A stretch of DNA of 64,000 nt from Eledone cirrhosa. Lineage: Eukaryota. Below the pieces are notes generated by a model. It ran no database searches. It had not been told where the DNA came from and worked only from the letters and a program-made list of their open reading frames with translations. The translations under genes were made by a program, and so were the position numbers. Location: assembly GCA_964016885.1 (NCBI GenBank), contig OZ024741.1:186124001-186188000 (forward strand), given 5' to 3'. Shown here piece by piece: positions 26,578-39,833 of the stretch. Each line of letters starts with the position of its first letter. Position 1 is the first letter of the stretch.

Positions 26578-28249
26578 AAGTCGTAGACTAAAATTCTAAC
26601 TAGAAAACCGAATGATTCTCGGCTTCAGAGTTAAGAATAAAGTAAATGAAATACAGAGGTAATTGAAATTAAATAAATACATACACGCATCCATTTACGT
26701 ACATACAGAAGCATACGCGAAAACACACGCCATAGGTAAAAAAATACACGCACGTACAAAAAAAAACAAAAAAAAACAACCGCACATACAGAACCCACGC
26801 TACGCCTGTACCCGCACGCATACGAATGTATACACCAAACACACATTAAAATATATATAAAAATATACAAATTAATATATATATATGTGTGTGTGTGTGC
26901 GCGTGTATACATATAATTAAATAAACGTATATAAATAAATAAATACGTATATAAGAAGCGCACACACATGCCTACATGTAAATACACATATGTTCGGAGA
27001 CTACGTCAACCAAAACCCGAAGTACACATATACACATACCCTACATACGTACGAACCCGCATACTCAAACAGACACAAAACTCACGTATACACATAACCA
27101 AAAGCATATGTACCAGAATATATAAAGTATACGCCATAACACATACAATCAATATACGTACGAGGAAGTATACGTACCTTCACAAAACATACAGGAAATA
27201 TATACTTACCTATACAAATAAGTAATGGTATAAACATAACATATACTTAGCTACCACATCAAGACGTAAAATAACCACGTATAGTTCGTACTATCCGTTG
27301 ATGTATAATGTGGGGCTGTAATACAGGAAAGTTTGGTGCAATTTATGTTTACAAGCCGAAATTGCCTCAGATTTTTTGTTTAAGATGTCGTCTTTGGCGT
27401 AGAGCATTTCCAGAGCCTCAGCGGCGGAGAGGTCGCATGGTCTTTTATTTCCGTTGTACGATCTAGCCCTAGCTAGGATCTCCTAGTGTAACTTATATTG
27501 GGTATGGTTGTCTTGTAGACTCCAGATATAAGCTGAAAGTGACGTCATATTCCTTCTTAAAGGGTAACAAAAAGAATGGGTATGCATGTAAAGATGATGC
27601 TTGAATCTATTGGCTGTTAACCCTATGTAGGCCCTACGGGACGTGGGTGTTTCAACCTTACATTTGTAGACAATGTTACTAGAGTGTCATTTCCCGGATA
27701 AGGGGCAGTCAACCCTATTCCTACAATTACAATTAGTACTAACTACAGGGTTGCATGTGTTCCTACGGCTAGGTAGTTTAGCTAAATTTGAAGCTCTGAT
27801 GTTATGTGGAAGGTTAGGAGTCGTAGAGTAAGAAATTTTAATAGTATTTCTATTAAAAATGTTACTATATTTATGTGTAAGGGAAAATGCTTCATAATAA
27901 GGGAGAGAAAGATCTTAGCTAATGGTGTGGCCACCTCGATATTATATGGTGGGTTATACCACATAATGCGGCGAGATCTATTTCTTCTAGGTCTATTCTC
28001 ATACTCTGTATATGCTACCTTGTCGACAAATCCACTCCGAGCAAGAACTTCATTGTAATATGTTGAATGGTCGTTGAAAATATGCTCGTTAGTAGATAGA
28101 CGGGAACGCCTCAAAGAAACGTTTCTTACCAGGTTCTTGGTAATGCTGGCAGGATGGTTAGAAAGTTTACTTATGTAATTAAGCGTATCATTCGGCTTTC
28201 TATCCGGGTAATGAAAGCCATTCGATAAATTGTGTGTGTGTGTGATGGC

Positions 28250-28580
28250 TGCCCTCTCGTTATCGAGTATAGCCATTGCACGATATACCATTATTAATAA
28301 TTATCAATTCATTCTATCGTGCAATGCCTGTGCGTGAAGATATTTTTTAAAGTGAGGAAAGACTGTGCACTGAGCCAATCCCACTCCCTGAGCGACAGTA
28401 GCTATAACTCGAAAAGAGGAAATGATCAACATCGCCTGTAACTACTGAGCCTCATGTTTTATATCGGAGTTATCCCAGTTTCCTGAGTTGCCTTCTCCTA
28501 GAAGAATGCCCTGACAAAGGCTAGGGGTCCTTCACTCCCAGTCGTTTAACCGCGCGATCGGGTGTTCAGCCCGACTATTT
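28250..28580 (-). mobile_element. RTE-related 5'UTR or SINE-like fragment
   Basis: Minus-strand ctaggagaaggcaactc motif that I recall from RTE 5' regions; no ORF. Confidence 0.35.
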
Positions 28581-28860
28581 CTATGTCCCCGCGCATATAC
28601 ATACACATGCACCCATGTATATACACATATACATACATATGTACATGTGTATATACATATTTACACACTTTTGGATGGCCGTTGACCCTTATGAGTTCTT
28701 CCGCCCTTTGTCGGGTTTTGTTTTTTGTCCTGCAGGGTGCACAAAATCACCCCCCTCACCAAGTAAACTTGGTGGGGTTGCCAGTTTAGTCACCAACGAC
28801 CTGACAATGCGACAGGTTGTACTGGGTTACATGTTACCAGTAGCACTCAAGAGTAACCCG

Positions 28861-28897
<37 letters not shown>

Positions 28898-28902
28898 CAT
28901 AT

Positions 28903-28973
<71 letters not shown>

Positions 28974-30321
28974 AGGACTGGGGGGAAAGAGAAAGAGGAA
29001 GTTTGATAGGTGTATAGATGCAAACCTAAACAGATCCAGGATGCTTTTTGAGGATAAAAGTAGACTGCGCTCTACAACAGAGCTTTAACAGTACATCCTT
29101 TGTACATGAGGCCAGAATTGCACCTGTTACAACCAACCAAGTAGAGAACAGTGGAAGTTATGTTGGTATGGAGCAAGCAACAAAGATTGAAACAGCAATG
29201 TCTTCTTTTAGACATTCTAAGGTGAAGACCACTATGGGTATTGCATAACGAGTCTGGCAATTAAACTGCATGTTTCTACACAGAATAAAGTGGAGAATTC
29301 TGCAACAGTCCAGACCATGTATTAACTGTTCAAGGGATGTACTCTTCACACCAGTGTTAAATTTAGGTTTCTGCAGGTTTTGAACTAATCAACCAAATAT
29401 CTGAACACAAGGAATGTGGACTCGAATGGTTTCTTACGTCCACCATGGAACATTCAAACATAGAAATAAGTTCAATGATTTATTAATTTCCCACAAACTA
29501 TAAATCCAAAGATTTACAAGAGTTGGCACCCTTTGACAAAATAAGGCCCCAAATTTTCTTCTTATGCCTTCTTTCCACACGGGATCTCACCAGGAAATCC
29601 CGGTTATATATATTCTTAGTCGATTGGCGAAAGCATTTGCGCCGTCGTTTACCTCTGCCTTCAGAGCCATGTTTTACAGACATAAGATGCATTCTGCATT
29701 TAGCATTAACACCTAACATAGTGTGATAAGTTTCTCATGTTTAAATCATATGTATACATGTGTGTGTGTGTGTGTCTGTGTCTGTGTGTGTGTATGTGTA
29801 TGTATGTGTGCGCGTTGGTGTGCGTGTGTGCGTATTTATGTGTGTGTGCCTAGGGTTATTATGCAATCACTTTCATGTTTTTGAAATATCTATAACAGGA
29901 TCTTATAATAAACAAAGGATGTACACTTAAAACCGTCCCTCTTCTTTATATATATATATATGAAATTTATATATATATATAATTGAGAATTCCTCAGCTT
30001 AAAATTCTTTGAATCAGGATTCAGAATTGTAAAATCAATAGGTATATATATAGTGATACACGAAAGTTCCGTTACATTTAAAGCAAACTATTGCAAACAT
30101 AAAATAATGATAAAAAAAGAGCGGAGTAACATTTTTTTAAAAGAAAACCTTCACCATGCTACTATTGATTTATCTTCCATGGCATAATCTCACCATGATA
30201 GTTTACAGTTTTATATCAAAGTAACAACCAAAGATGTAATCATGTCTTACATCAAACATTCTTCTTCCACCCCCGCCATTTTCCGTCAATAATTTTTTTC
30301 ATCTTTGAAATTTTTGGATAG

Positions 30322-30432
<111 letters not shown>

Positions 30433-31031
30433 CATAAATATATTTTTTTATGTATGCGAGTATATGTATATATATATCACTATATATATATATATTTATT
30501 TATGTATTTATGTATATATATATATATAAATATATATATATGCATGTATGTATGAATGTGTGTGTATATGTGTATGTGTGTGTGTATGTGTTCTTATATA
30601 TATGTGTGTGTGTATGTGTGTGAGTGTGTGTATGTGCGTGTGTGTGTGTGTGAGTGTTGATTTGTAGTTTTCTTTTTGTAATTATTTATATTTCGCTAAA
30701 AATGCTATGCCAGTGAGTTGCCACCAGAAGATTGCGTAATGAGTGTGTGTCAATGCTTGTGTATATGTATGCATGTATATCAATGTGTATGTGTTTCCGT
30801 GTGTTTCTGTGTGTTTGTCTGTTCATCTGTGTGTATGTGTGCGTGTGTGAATATATATGTTTCTTTTCGTTACTTTTTTTATAACAGACAGTACACTTTT
30901 TCATTATAAACATTATGGTCATATAGGAAATTCGCTTCTGTTTATTCTTCTTACATGCACATGAATTCTAGTATTAGTCCCGCGGATACGATAAACTCGA
31001 TCAAATTATGATAGCTGGTAGTTTAGATTTA

Positions 31032-31088
<57 letters not shown>

Positions 31089-31089
31089 T

Positions 31090-31149
<60 letters not shown>

Positions 31150-31151
<2 letters not shown>

Positions 31152-31400
31152 AATCAAGGTCGTCCCGATTGTTATAGGCGCACTAGGTACTATCACAAAG
31201 AGTTTCCAAGGATGGTTAAAGAAGATTCGTCCAGCTCCGCTTTTTGGAACACTTCAAAAGGCATGCTTGCTGGGAACAGCAAGAACACTCCGATACGTCC
31301 TGAATATCTGAGGCTGCAGGTAGCGGCTTGATATTCATTTCAACAAACTTTCACAGTTAAATAACTTCAATAACTGAGACTCAAAGAACAACAACAATTT
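31150..31400 (+). mobile_element. 3' fragment of an R4/Dong-like REL retrotransposon
   Basis: 31150-31311 translates EIKVVPIVIGALGTITKSFQGWLKKIRPAPLFGTLQKACLLGTARTLRYVLNI*; (TAA)n on both sides. Confidence 0.8.
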
Positions 31401-31436
31401 AATAATAATAATAATAATAATAAAGATAATAATAAT

Positions 31437-34400
31437 GGTTTCATTTATTGGCCACAAGGGCCGACATATAGCGGACAATACAAAAGACTGGGACAGTGGG
31501 GTTTTACAGAAAAATCGAGTAAACAATATGAATAACAATAACAAAGTAACAAGGAAAATGCAACAAGAAAAATTCCCCAATACGGGGTTCGCTCAGGTAC
31601 CCCACCTATCCTGAACGAACCGACGCTTCGAGAGCACCCTGGAAGGGCACCCATCTCCTCCTCAAATGCATCCACCTACAGGCGCATGACCAGAGTAGGC
31701 CCACTCACACGAGCCATTCTCGCCACATTCACCCACCTTTCAGCAAATGTACTGGAGGCCATCACTTCTGTCTCCACCCTCACCTTCCTTTTCAAGTGAA
31801 ACTTGAAAAAGTTGATATGGGATTGGCCGAAGAGAAAAGTGTCTGTCTTCAGTCCTTTCAACCTCGTCCACCATACAACCTCTTTCGCTACTGACACCAG
31901 ACAGAGGAAAAATTGCCTGCCCTTCCTGGCCAAAAGAAGGCGGCGGGTCGATCTTCACTATGGACTCGGCCGATAGCCGGATCCGTTCTACACGCGACAA
32001 CAGCTGGTCAACATAACTCCACAAGTCAGTAATGCACGCACACTGGACGAGTGCGTGCAGAATGGTTTCGTCGCTTTGCGCGCATCTTGGGCGGGTCCGT
32101 CTGACAGTACTTCCGTGCCTGTAGAGTTTATCTCGAACCGGCAGTGCCCCCCGGTAACACTGCCAAGCGAGGGATTTTGGGAAATTATCCATCGACTCCG
32201 GCTTGAAAGTTCTCCGGACAGACTGGTTAGTTCGACTTCATCGACTCCTGGAGCCTCTCCGAGTGCGTCGTCGCACTTTCCCACCACTAATCCTCTATAG
32301 AACTCGAGAGTGGAAGTTTCAGTGACCGCCTTGCCCCTTTGGTAGAGGGCAGTGAGTGCCTGGCAACGTTCTAGATACCAGTCACCCAGTCTCGGTCTCT
32401 TCTTGACCCAGGACTGCAGCTCAGTCAAAGAGACGAGCTGCGGAAAGACCCGTCTGACAAACGGTGACCACACCTGTTCACCGTTTAGGCAGAATCTGGA
32501 GATGCCGCAGCCTTAACGCGTGTCTGCGCATCATTAGCCCCGGCATGCCCAGCCCGCCACGTAGAGGGTGCTGGCAGCAGATGTACCTCCTCACCAGCGG
32601 AACCTGAGCCCTCCACAAGAATTTGAAGAGGAGCCGCTCCAAGATGGCGAGGCGCGAACGAGGGCAAGGGACAAAAGTCAGACGTTAGTAGATGACGGAC
32701 GCGATATACGCGTTCGCCACCTCCGCGCGACCTTTCAATGATAGCTTCCTCCCAACCCATTTTTGGGTGAGACTGGCGATTCTGCTCGTTACCTTGTCCC
32801 ATTTCTTTTCCACCTAGCGGTCTGGTCCGAACCAAACTCCGAGCAACTTTACCGGTCCGTCCGTCCAGCGCCCTACGACGCTGTTGGACGGCATAGGCTT
32901 GCCTCTCCAGGTTCCAAGCTGCAAGCCCACCGACTTTTCCGGATTAAGTTTTGCTCCTATCAACCTTTCATATTCCTTCAATAAGGTGCCGACCACCTCG
33001 ATTTCTGAGGTGTCCGACACCATCACGCTGATGTCGTCCGCATAAGCCGACACCGCCCTTCCATATCCCGGTTCGAGCGGGATGCCCTGCAACAGCTCCA
33101 GCTTCCACAGTAAAGGCTCGATAGTCAATACGTACAGAAGGGAAGAGAGAGGGCACTCTTGAGTGACAGATCGGGAGAGCCGAAATGATTCCGAGAGGTG
33201 GGCATTAACATTGACCTCCGAGCGTGTGCCGCTGTGCATTGCAGCGATCCAACTTCTGAAGACATGGCCGAAGCCAGCCGCTTTGAGGACAAACTCCAGA
33301 TACCGATGGTCGACCCTATCAAATGATTTCGATTGATCCAAATTGATCAGTGCCCCACCGAAGCCAGGTTTATACTCTACCTATGATGTATTGCATGAGG
33401 TGGAGATTGTCGTGTATGGACCTGGCTGGGATTGCGCAAGTTTGCGCCTCCACAACCAAATCCTTGACAACAAGCGCCAATCACTTTGCTAACACCTTGG
33501 CTAAAATCTTAAACTCTGTGTTGAACAGAGTTATGGGCCTGAAGTTGTCTAATGTATCCCTCTTCTTCTCGTCTTTCCTTATCAGCATCAGCACTCCCCT
33601 GCTCAAAGATCTGGGAATACTCCCATTCTTCTGCCAGTTGCAATAGAGTGCTTCGAGGAGATTGGAGAACAAGTCTGGCATATTTACGTAAAGCTCGTAG
33701 GCCAGGCCATCCAAACCGGGTGACTTGCGCCTCATGAAGCCGACAAGGGCGTCCTGAATTTCGGCTGAAGTAATCGGCCTTTCGCAGCGATCAGCGTCGA
33801 CCGTCGAGATGTGCAGCAAGCCGTCAAGGTAGGGACTGAAATCCGCTAATCTCTCTGACTCGCCACTCTCCTCGAACAACCGAGCAAAGTGCTAGCGAAA
33901 GGCCTCACCCATCTGCTTGGAATCGTTTATCTCGTCTCCGTCTCGGTTCACCAAAGACCGAATTGTGGTTTTATTAGCACGCTGCGCCTCCCCCACGCGG
34001 GCACATCGAACAGATTTGGTTCCCTCGTTTCTCAGCGCATGCGCCTTAGCTCTGACCATATAACCTTCGTGTTTCGCATTGAAGAAATTGTCTAATGCCA
34101 TTCTCGCCGCTAGCACGTCAGTTGCAATGCCACTACAAATAGCCTCGTCTAACGTTTATACCAGCTTCCCCCTCCTTTCTATTTTTCTCTAACGCTAGTT
34201 CTTTGCTGAACTCCATCGAAGTTACTCTAATCTCTCTTTTGAGAGCCCCCCCCCCCCCACCACCACCACCACCATCTATTGTTGATGATCCCCCCCCCTG
34301 TCAACTTCTGCTTAGCTAAATTGTTGACTCGGTCCCTGTAAGCCTTACCTGCCGGAAATTACATGTTCAGCCTCCAGGAACCCGATTCCAACCACGCATT

Positions 34401-35965
34401 TTATCTAGGTCGACAATACAGATCACAAATTTGTGATCTGAATAGGCGACCGTTTTAAAAAGTGGGCAGCCTACACTATTTCTATCAATTTTCCTAATGA
34501 AGATCCTGTCTATATACGATCTAGATGACCCCATGCGGTTGGTCCATGTCCATACTGTCGCATTGGGGGAAATCTAGTCGATACATGTCAGACAGTTGGA
34601 ACTGGCTGATTAGGTGCTTGAGGCTTTTGCACCCCCCGCTCCTATCAGCTACTCCCACACAATCCTAGCGTGCGTCTAAGATGCCATTCCAGTCTCCCCG
34701 CTAATAATAAAGGGCGAGACGTACCCATAAAGATCTCCAGGCGCCTAAAGAAGTCCAGTCGTCCAGCCCCTGTAGACGGCCAGCAGTCTAAAGGCACCAC
34801 CTTCGCTACTGGTCACATCCAAGACCACCAACTTACCGTCCGACTCCCGGAAGATCGACCTTACCTCGAGATCCACTCCTTTCCTAAACAGCACTGCTAC
34901 CCCACCTCTCATTACCGGCCTGCTAACAGATTCGAAAATCTGATAGTCGTCAAAAATGGGGACTAGTGCGTGCGTGTCGGAAATGCTGTTCTCGCTGACG
35001 GCAATCACATCCATTTCCATCGACCTGAGGTCATTGAGCAGGCGACGCTGTTTCCAGGGTGACACCAGGCCGCAAAAATGTAAACTTCCTACTCTTAATA
35101 TGTCCATGTTGGGAAGCTAAAAGAGAGAGAGGGAAGGTTTATTTACCTCCCGGGGTCTTTTGAGGGTCGGGTGGTTCGACCTCCATAGTTGGTGGGGTTT
35201 CTTTTGGGAACCCCATTAAAAGTATTGAAGTGGGTTTTACGTTCGGGGTTCCCACGTCCCGAGGAAAGCTGTCTCGTATCTCTTTGTATAAATCGAGCGA
35301 CATTCGCACCGGAAACACGAAATGTGCTCGATTTAAAAATTTCCCATTCTTTTTGTATATTTTCACTTCGTGCTACGAGGGCCAGTTCCTTGTTGGCCCT
35401 CCTGACGAGCACAAAGTTTTGTATGTTTTGTTGGAGTGATTTTATTTGTTTGCGTGGCTGTGGTGGTGATGATTTTGGTGGTTGTTGTTTCGGTTGTGTC
35501 TGTCTTTGTTGTGTGTGCGTTGTTTGGGGTTTCAGATGTTTGTGTGTGTATTTGTTCTTGCGTCTGTTTAGGTTGTTTGCGTTTGGTGGATTCTGGTGAT
35601 GGTGATGGTGGTGTTGATTTTGGTGTTATTGGAGAGATGTTTGCGTGGGTGGTGTCTGCATTTTTAATTATGGATGATTTTGTGGTTTGTTGATTTTTTT
35701 TTTTTTTCCTTTTTGTGTTTCCTTTTTTGTATTTTGGGGGATTTGGGTTTTCCCTCATCTTCACTACTGGTAGATGAGGTAAGTGTGTCTGTAAGTGTGT
35801 ATGTGTCTCTAAGTGTGTCTGTTTGTGTGTTTATGTTTTTATTGATGTGTGTATTTTGGAGGGGAGGGGGAATTTGACAACTTTCCTCGTTTCCCCCTGT
35901 GTGGTCCATGTTGGTGGTGGTCTTTCTATTGGTGTTGTTGTTGGTGGTTTTGCCGGTGCTGGTGT
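31437..35965 (-). mobile_element. Tx1/L1-clade LINE, 5'-truncated in ORF1, ORF2 (APE-RT-Zn) pseudogenised
   Basis: APE: MDILRVGSLHFCGL..DVIAVSE..GGVAVL. RT: KSPGLDGL, NFRPITLFNTEFKILAK, DQSKSFDRVDH, QECPLS, AYADDI. C-terminus: PRCAQSDETILHALVQC. Ends AATAAA-tgaaacc-(att)n. Confidence 0.92.
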
Positions 35966-36135
35966 TGGCATAAGTTCAGCAATTACCCAGTACGTAACTG
36001 GTATTTTATTTTATCGACCCCGTAAGGATGAACTCAGACCGTAAAGGGACGTTATTATGCTGGAAAGCATGCCGTCCGACCCACCCTCTAACGATACTGC
36101 CAATTCACCGCCCTTTAATAATAATAATAATAATA

Positions 36136-36340
36136 ACGACGTATTATCTTCGCTTTTTTCCGTTCATTGCCGGGGAACATCTTCAGGAACCAAAGTATAT
36201 TCTTCCTGTTTTCCTTCGGTTGCAACGTTTTTCGAAATATTTACTTCTGCGTTCAAATATTGAGTTTTTTAGTTTCAGAAGATCTCGTTAAGTGTGAAAG
36301 CAGCGATACTTTGCTGAAACTTTAATCTGTTAATTTAATA
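36136..36340 (+). mobile_element. Inverted solo pseudo-LTR fragment of the Hydra-like PLE
   Basis: Matches 1080-1283; faces the main element across a (TA)n field. Confidence 0.85.
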
Positions 36341-36349
36341 AATAAATAA

Positions 36350-36452
<103 letters not shown>

Positions 36453-36484
36453 CATATATATATGTATATATATAAATACATATG

Positions 36485-36533
<49 letters not shown>

Positions 36534-36536
36534 ATG

Positions 36537-36625
<89 letters not shown>

Positions 36626-36735
36626 AGGTAAGAAGTGCGATAGCAGTCTATGTGTATATGATAAAAAGTTATATCTGTATAAATACAGAGTGTGTAACCG
36701 AGACTTCGCCAACGTGTATACACACGCACACACAC

Positions 36736-36787
<52 letters not shown>

Positions 36788-36884
36788 ATAATAATAAAAT
36801 TGAAGACTAAAATCCAGAGAGGGCTCTATAAGGAAAATATATATCAAATATATAAGAACCGAAGAGCAAATATTTATTAAAATA

Positions 36885-36960
36885 ACAGATTAAAGTTTAA
36901 GCAAAGAATCGATGCTTTCACCCTTAACGGGATCTTCTGAAACTAACAAAGTCAATCTGT
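36885..36960 (-). ncRNA. Variant type I hammerhead (family D) with CAGAAGA core
   Basis: Minus strand: acagattga ctttgtt agttt CAGAAGA tccc-gttaa-gggt GAA Agca-tcgattctt-tgcT T aaact ttaatctgt. Confidence 0.55.
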
Positions 36961-37870
36961 AAACGCAGAACTGGATATTTCAAAAAACGTTGCAACTGGA
37001 GGAAGACAGGAAGACGATACTTTGGTTCATGGTGACGTTCGCTGGCAAAGAACGGGAAAAAACGAATAATACGTCATTAATAGGAGCGGTGAAAAACAAT
37101 TACGTGCAAGGACAGAACCACGTTTATGGTATAAAAGAGGTCGTAGACTAATGTTCTCTAAGTGGTGCATAGAGACGTTCTCTGGCAATGAACGAAAAAA
37201 CGAAGATAATAAGTCATATGTGGAGCGTGGAGAACAATAGCGTGCAAAGACAAAACCACGTAAATGGTATAGCAGAAGTCGTAGACTAAAATTCTAACTA
37301 GGAGACCGAATGAATCTCCGCTACAGAGTTAAGAACAAAGTAAATAAATACAATACAGAAGTAATAGGAACAAATAAATACATACACGCAAACAGATACG
37401 TACATACGCAAGCATACGCAAACCCTTACCATAGGTATACAAAACCACGCACATATAAATATGTGTATGTGTGTATGCTTGTGTATGAATAAATAAATAA
37501 TTATATAAACGTATATAAGAAAATAAATACGTATATACCAAGCGCACACACATACCTACAAATAAATACATGAAGGTTCGGAGACGTAAGTCAACTACAA
37601 CAAGAAGTACACATATACACACACCCACCATACGTACGAACCTGCATACTCACGCAGACGCAAAACTCCCATATACACATAACCAAGCCCTAAATACCAG
37701 AATATGTAAAAATTATACGCCAAAACAGTCAAATATACGTACGAGAAGGTATACATACCTTCACAAAACATACGGGTAATATATACTTACCTATGCAAAT
37801 AAGTAAATGAATAAACAAAACATATACTTAGCTCCCACATCAAGACGTAAATATCCACGTATAGATCTTG

Positions 37871-39769
37871 CTATCCGTTAGGGTATAACGTAGGGCTGTA
37901 ATACAGGAAAGTTTTGTGCAATTTATGTTTACAAGCCGAAATTGCCTCAGATTTTTTGTTTAAGATGTTGTCTGTGGCGTAGAGTATTTCCAGGGCCTCA
38001 GAGACGCAGAGGTCACATGGTCTTTTATTTCCGTTATACGATCTAGCCCTAGCTAGGATCTCCCAGTGTACCTTATATTGGGTGTGGTTGTCTTTTAGAC
38101 TCCAGATATAAGCTGAAAATGATGTCATATTCCTTCTTAGAGGGTAACGAAAAGAATGGGTATGCATGTAAAGACGCTGCTTGAAACTATTGGCGGTTAA
38201 TCCTATGTAGGCCCTACGGGACGTGGGTGTTACAACTTTACATTTGTAGACAATGTTACTAGAGAGGCATTTCCCGGATAGGGGACAATCAGCCCGATTC
38301 CTACAATTACAGTTAGTACTAACTACAGGGTTGCACGTGTTCCTACGGCTAGGTATTTTAGCTAAATTTGATGCTGTGATATTATGTGCAAGGTTAGGAG
38401 TCGTTGAGTAAGAAATTTTAATAGTGTTTCTATTAAAAATTTTACTATATTTATGTGTAGGGGGAAAATGCTTCGTAATAAGGGAAAGAAAGATCTTAGC
38501 TAATGGTGTGGCCACCTCCATAGTATATGGTGGGTTAAACCAACAAATGCGACGGGATCTATTTCTTCTAGGTCTATACTCGTACTCTGTATATGCTACC
38601 TTATCGACAAATCCACTTCGAGCAAGAGCTTCATTGTAATAAGTGGAATGGTCGTTGAAAATGCGCTCGTTGGTGGAAAGACGGGAAAGCCTCAACGAAA
38701 CGTTTTTTACCAGGTTCTTGGTTATGCTGGCAGGATGGTTGGAATGCTTACTTATGTAATTAAGCGTATCATTCGGCTTTCTATACGGGTAATGCAACCC
38801 ATTCAATACATTGAGGGTAACGTCGAGGTAATTAACGACCGAGCGATTGGCCTCAACCTGTATAGAGAGGTTGAAGCCTTTAAAGAAGGCTGTGAGTTCT
38901 TTTCTGAATCTGTCGCAAGCACGAGGTCCGCACTTAGTCATGGTCAAAAGGCCATCGTCACGGTACAAACCACCGCCCGCGTTGGGGAATTCGTCCTTGA
39001 TAGAGAAAAGAAGGAAAAGGCCAATAAGATCAGTAACCTCCGCAGAGTCACTGGCGCCCAAACTCACGTCGAATGGGGTACTATTGGATTTTTTAATCCA
39101 AATAGAATCGTCGAAATTAATCACCGACTTTCGGGCATTAAGGATGACATCAACTTCGAAATCCTTAACCACTGTGAGTGTTTTAGCGAAATTGATAGCT
39201 CTAAGGAGAAGTGGTAAAGTGATGGAGGAGTAGTAATTGTTGATGTCGAATTGGATAAAACGGCAATGTTCTTTGTTACATATGCCGTTAAACCAATCAA
39301 TCACCGCGAAAGAATTGTTCCACAGTGCGAGAGGGGCCAAATTTCTAATTTCAGGTATAATTCTATCAATAATCGTTTTACTAAGTCTACCTAAATCGGA
39401 CTTCGTAGGGTTAATAAGCCGAATAGAGGGGTTGTTCGGAAAATTGGATTTGTGGTCCTTCAGGGTAAAGTGGGGAGAGATAGGGTCCAGGGGTTCGGTC
39501 CGGTCCAGGATGTTGAGATCAGATGTGATTTTAAACCCAGCATCGTTGATTTCATTGATGACACACCGATTAGTTTTACGGTAATCCTTAGTTACAGCAT
39601 TATGTAGTAGTTGATGGTAAGTACTGCGCTCCACTTGATATAGGTTGCCAGTTTTGTCGGAATGGACGTGCACGGCGTTAGAATCCTTAATAGAACGAAT
39701 TCTATTTTTCAGGTCTTGCTGGAAGGAATTGCTCCTATTCCGAAATTTGATACTCCGAATGAGTTCCAA

Positions 39770-39770
<1 letters not shown>
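37871..39770 (-). CDS. PLE reverse transcriptase-GIY-YIG endonuclease polyprotein (N-terminally truncated)
   Basis: SDKTGN, KDHK..RLINP, QFDINNYYSSI, LYRDDGL, VNYLDVTL, SNHP, WFNPP; linker CNCRNRADCPLSGKC; IVYKC..YIGLT..FKQR; CDLC..E..LNKKSE..CKH. The annotated Met lies beyond the (TA)n tract and is not part of the element. Confidence 0.92.

Positions 39771-39833
<63 letters not shown>

Larger units (their letters stand above)
22958..28230 (-). mobile_element. Decayed 5'-truncated Hydra-like Penelope element, interrupted by the CRE-like insertion
   Basis: 27292-28230 aligns with the ORF at 37871-38810 but carries stops and frameshifts; 22958-23456 plus 26578-27290 align with 36785-37870. Confidence 0.9.
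36785..39770 (-). mobile_element. Penelope-like element (C-terminal GIY-YIG; Hydra-clade-like), 5'-truncated, inserted in (TA)n
   Basis: ORF plus about 1.1 kb of 3' region; (TA)n at both ends. Confidence 0.9.

Noticed and set aside
28680-28865. HDV-like ribozyme in an RTE-like fragment
   Set aside because: I could not build a consistent P1/P1.1/P2/P3 pseudoknot
29000-29730. Non-repetitive stretch with several short ORFs
   Set aside because: No recognisable domain in any listed frame
38424-39584. Plus-strand ORFs overlapping the PLE, and minus-strand ORFs over the CRE element
   Set aside because: Antisense shadows of real coding frames
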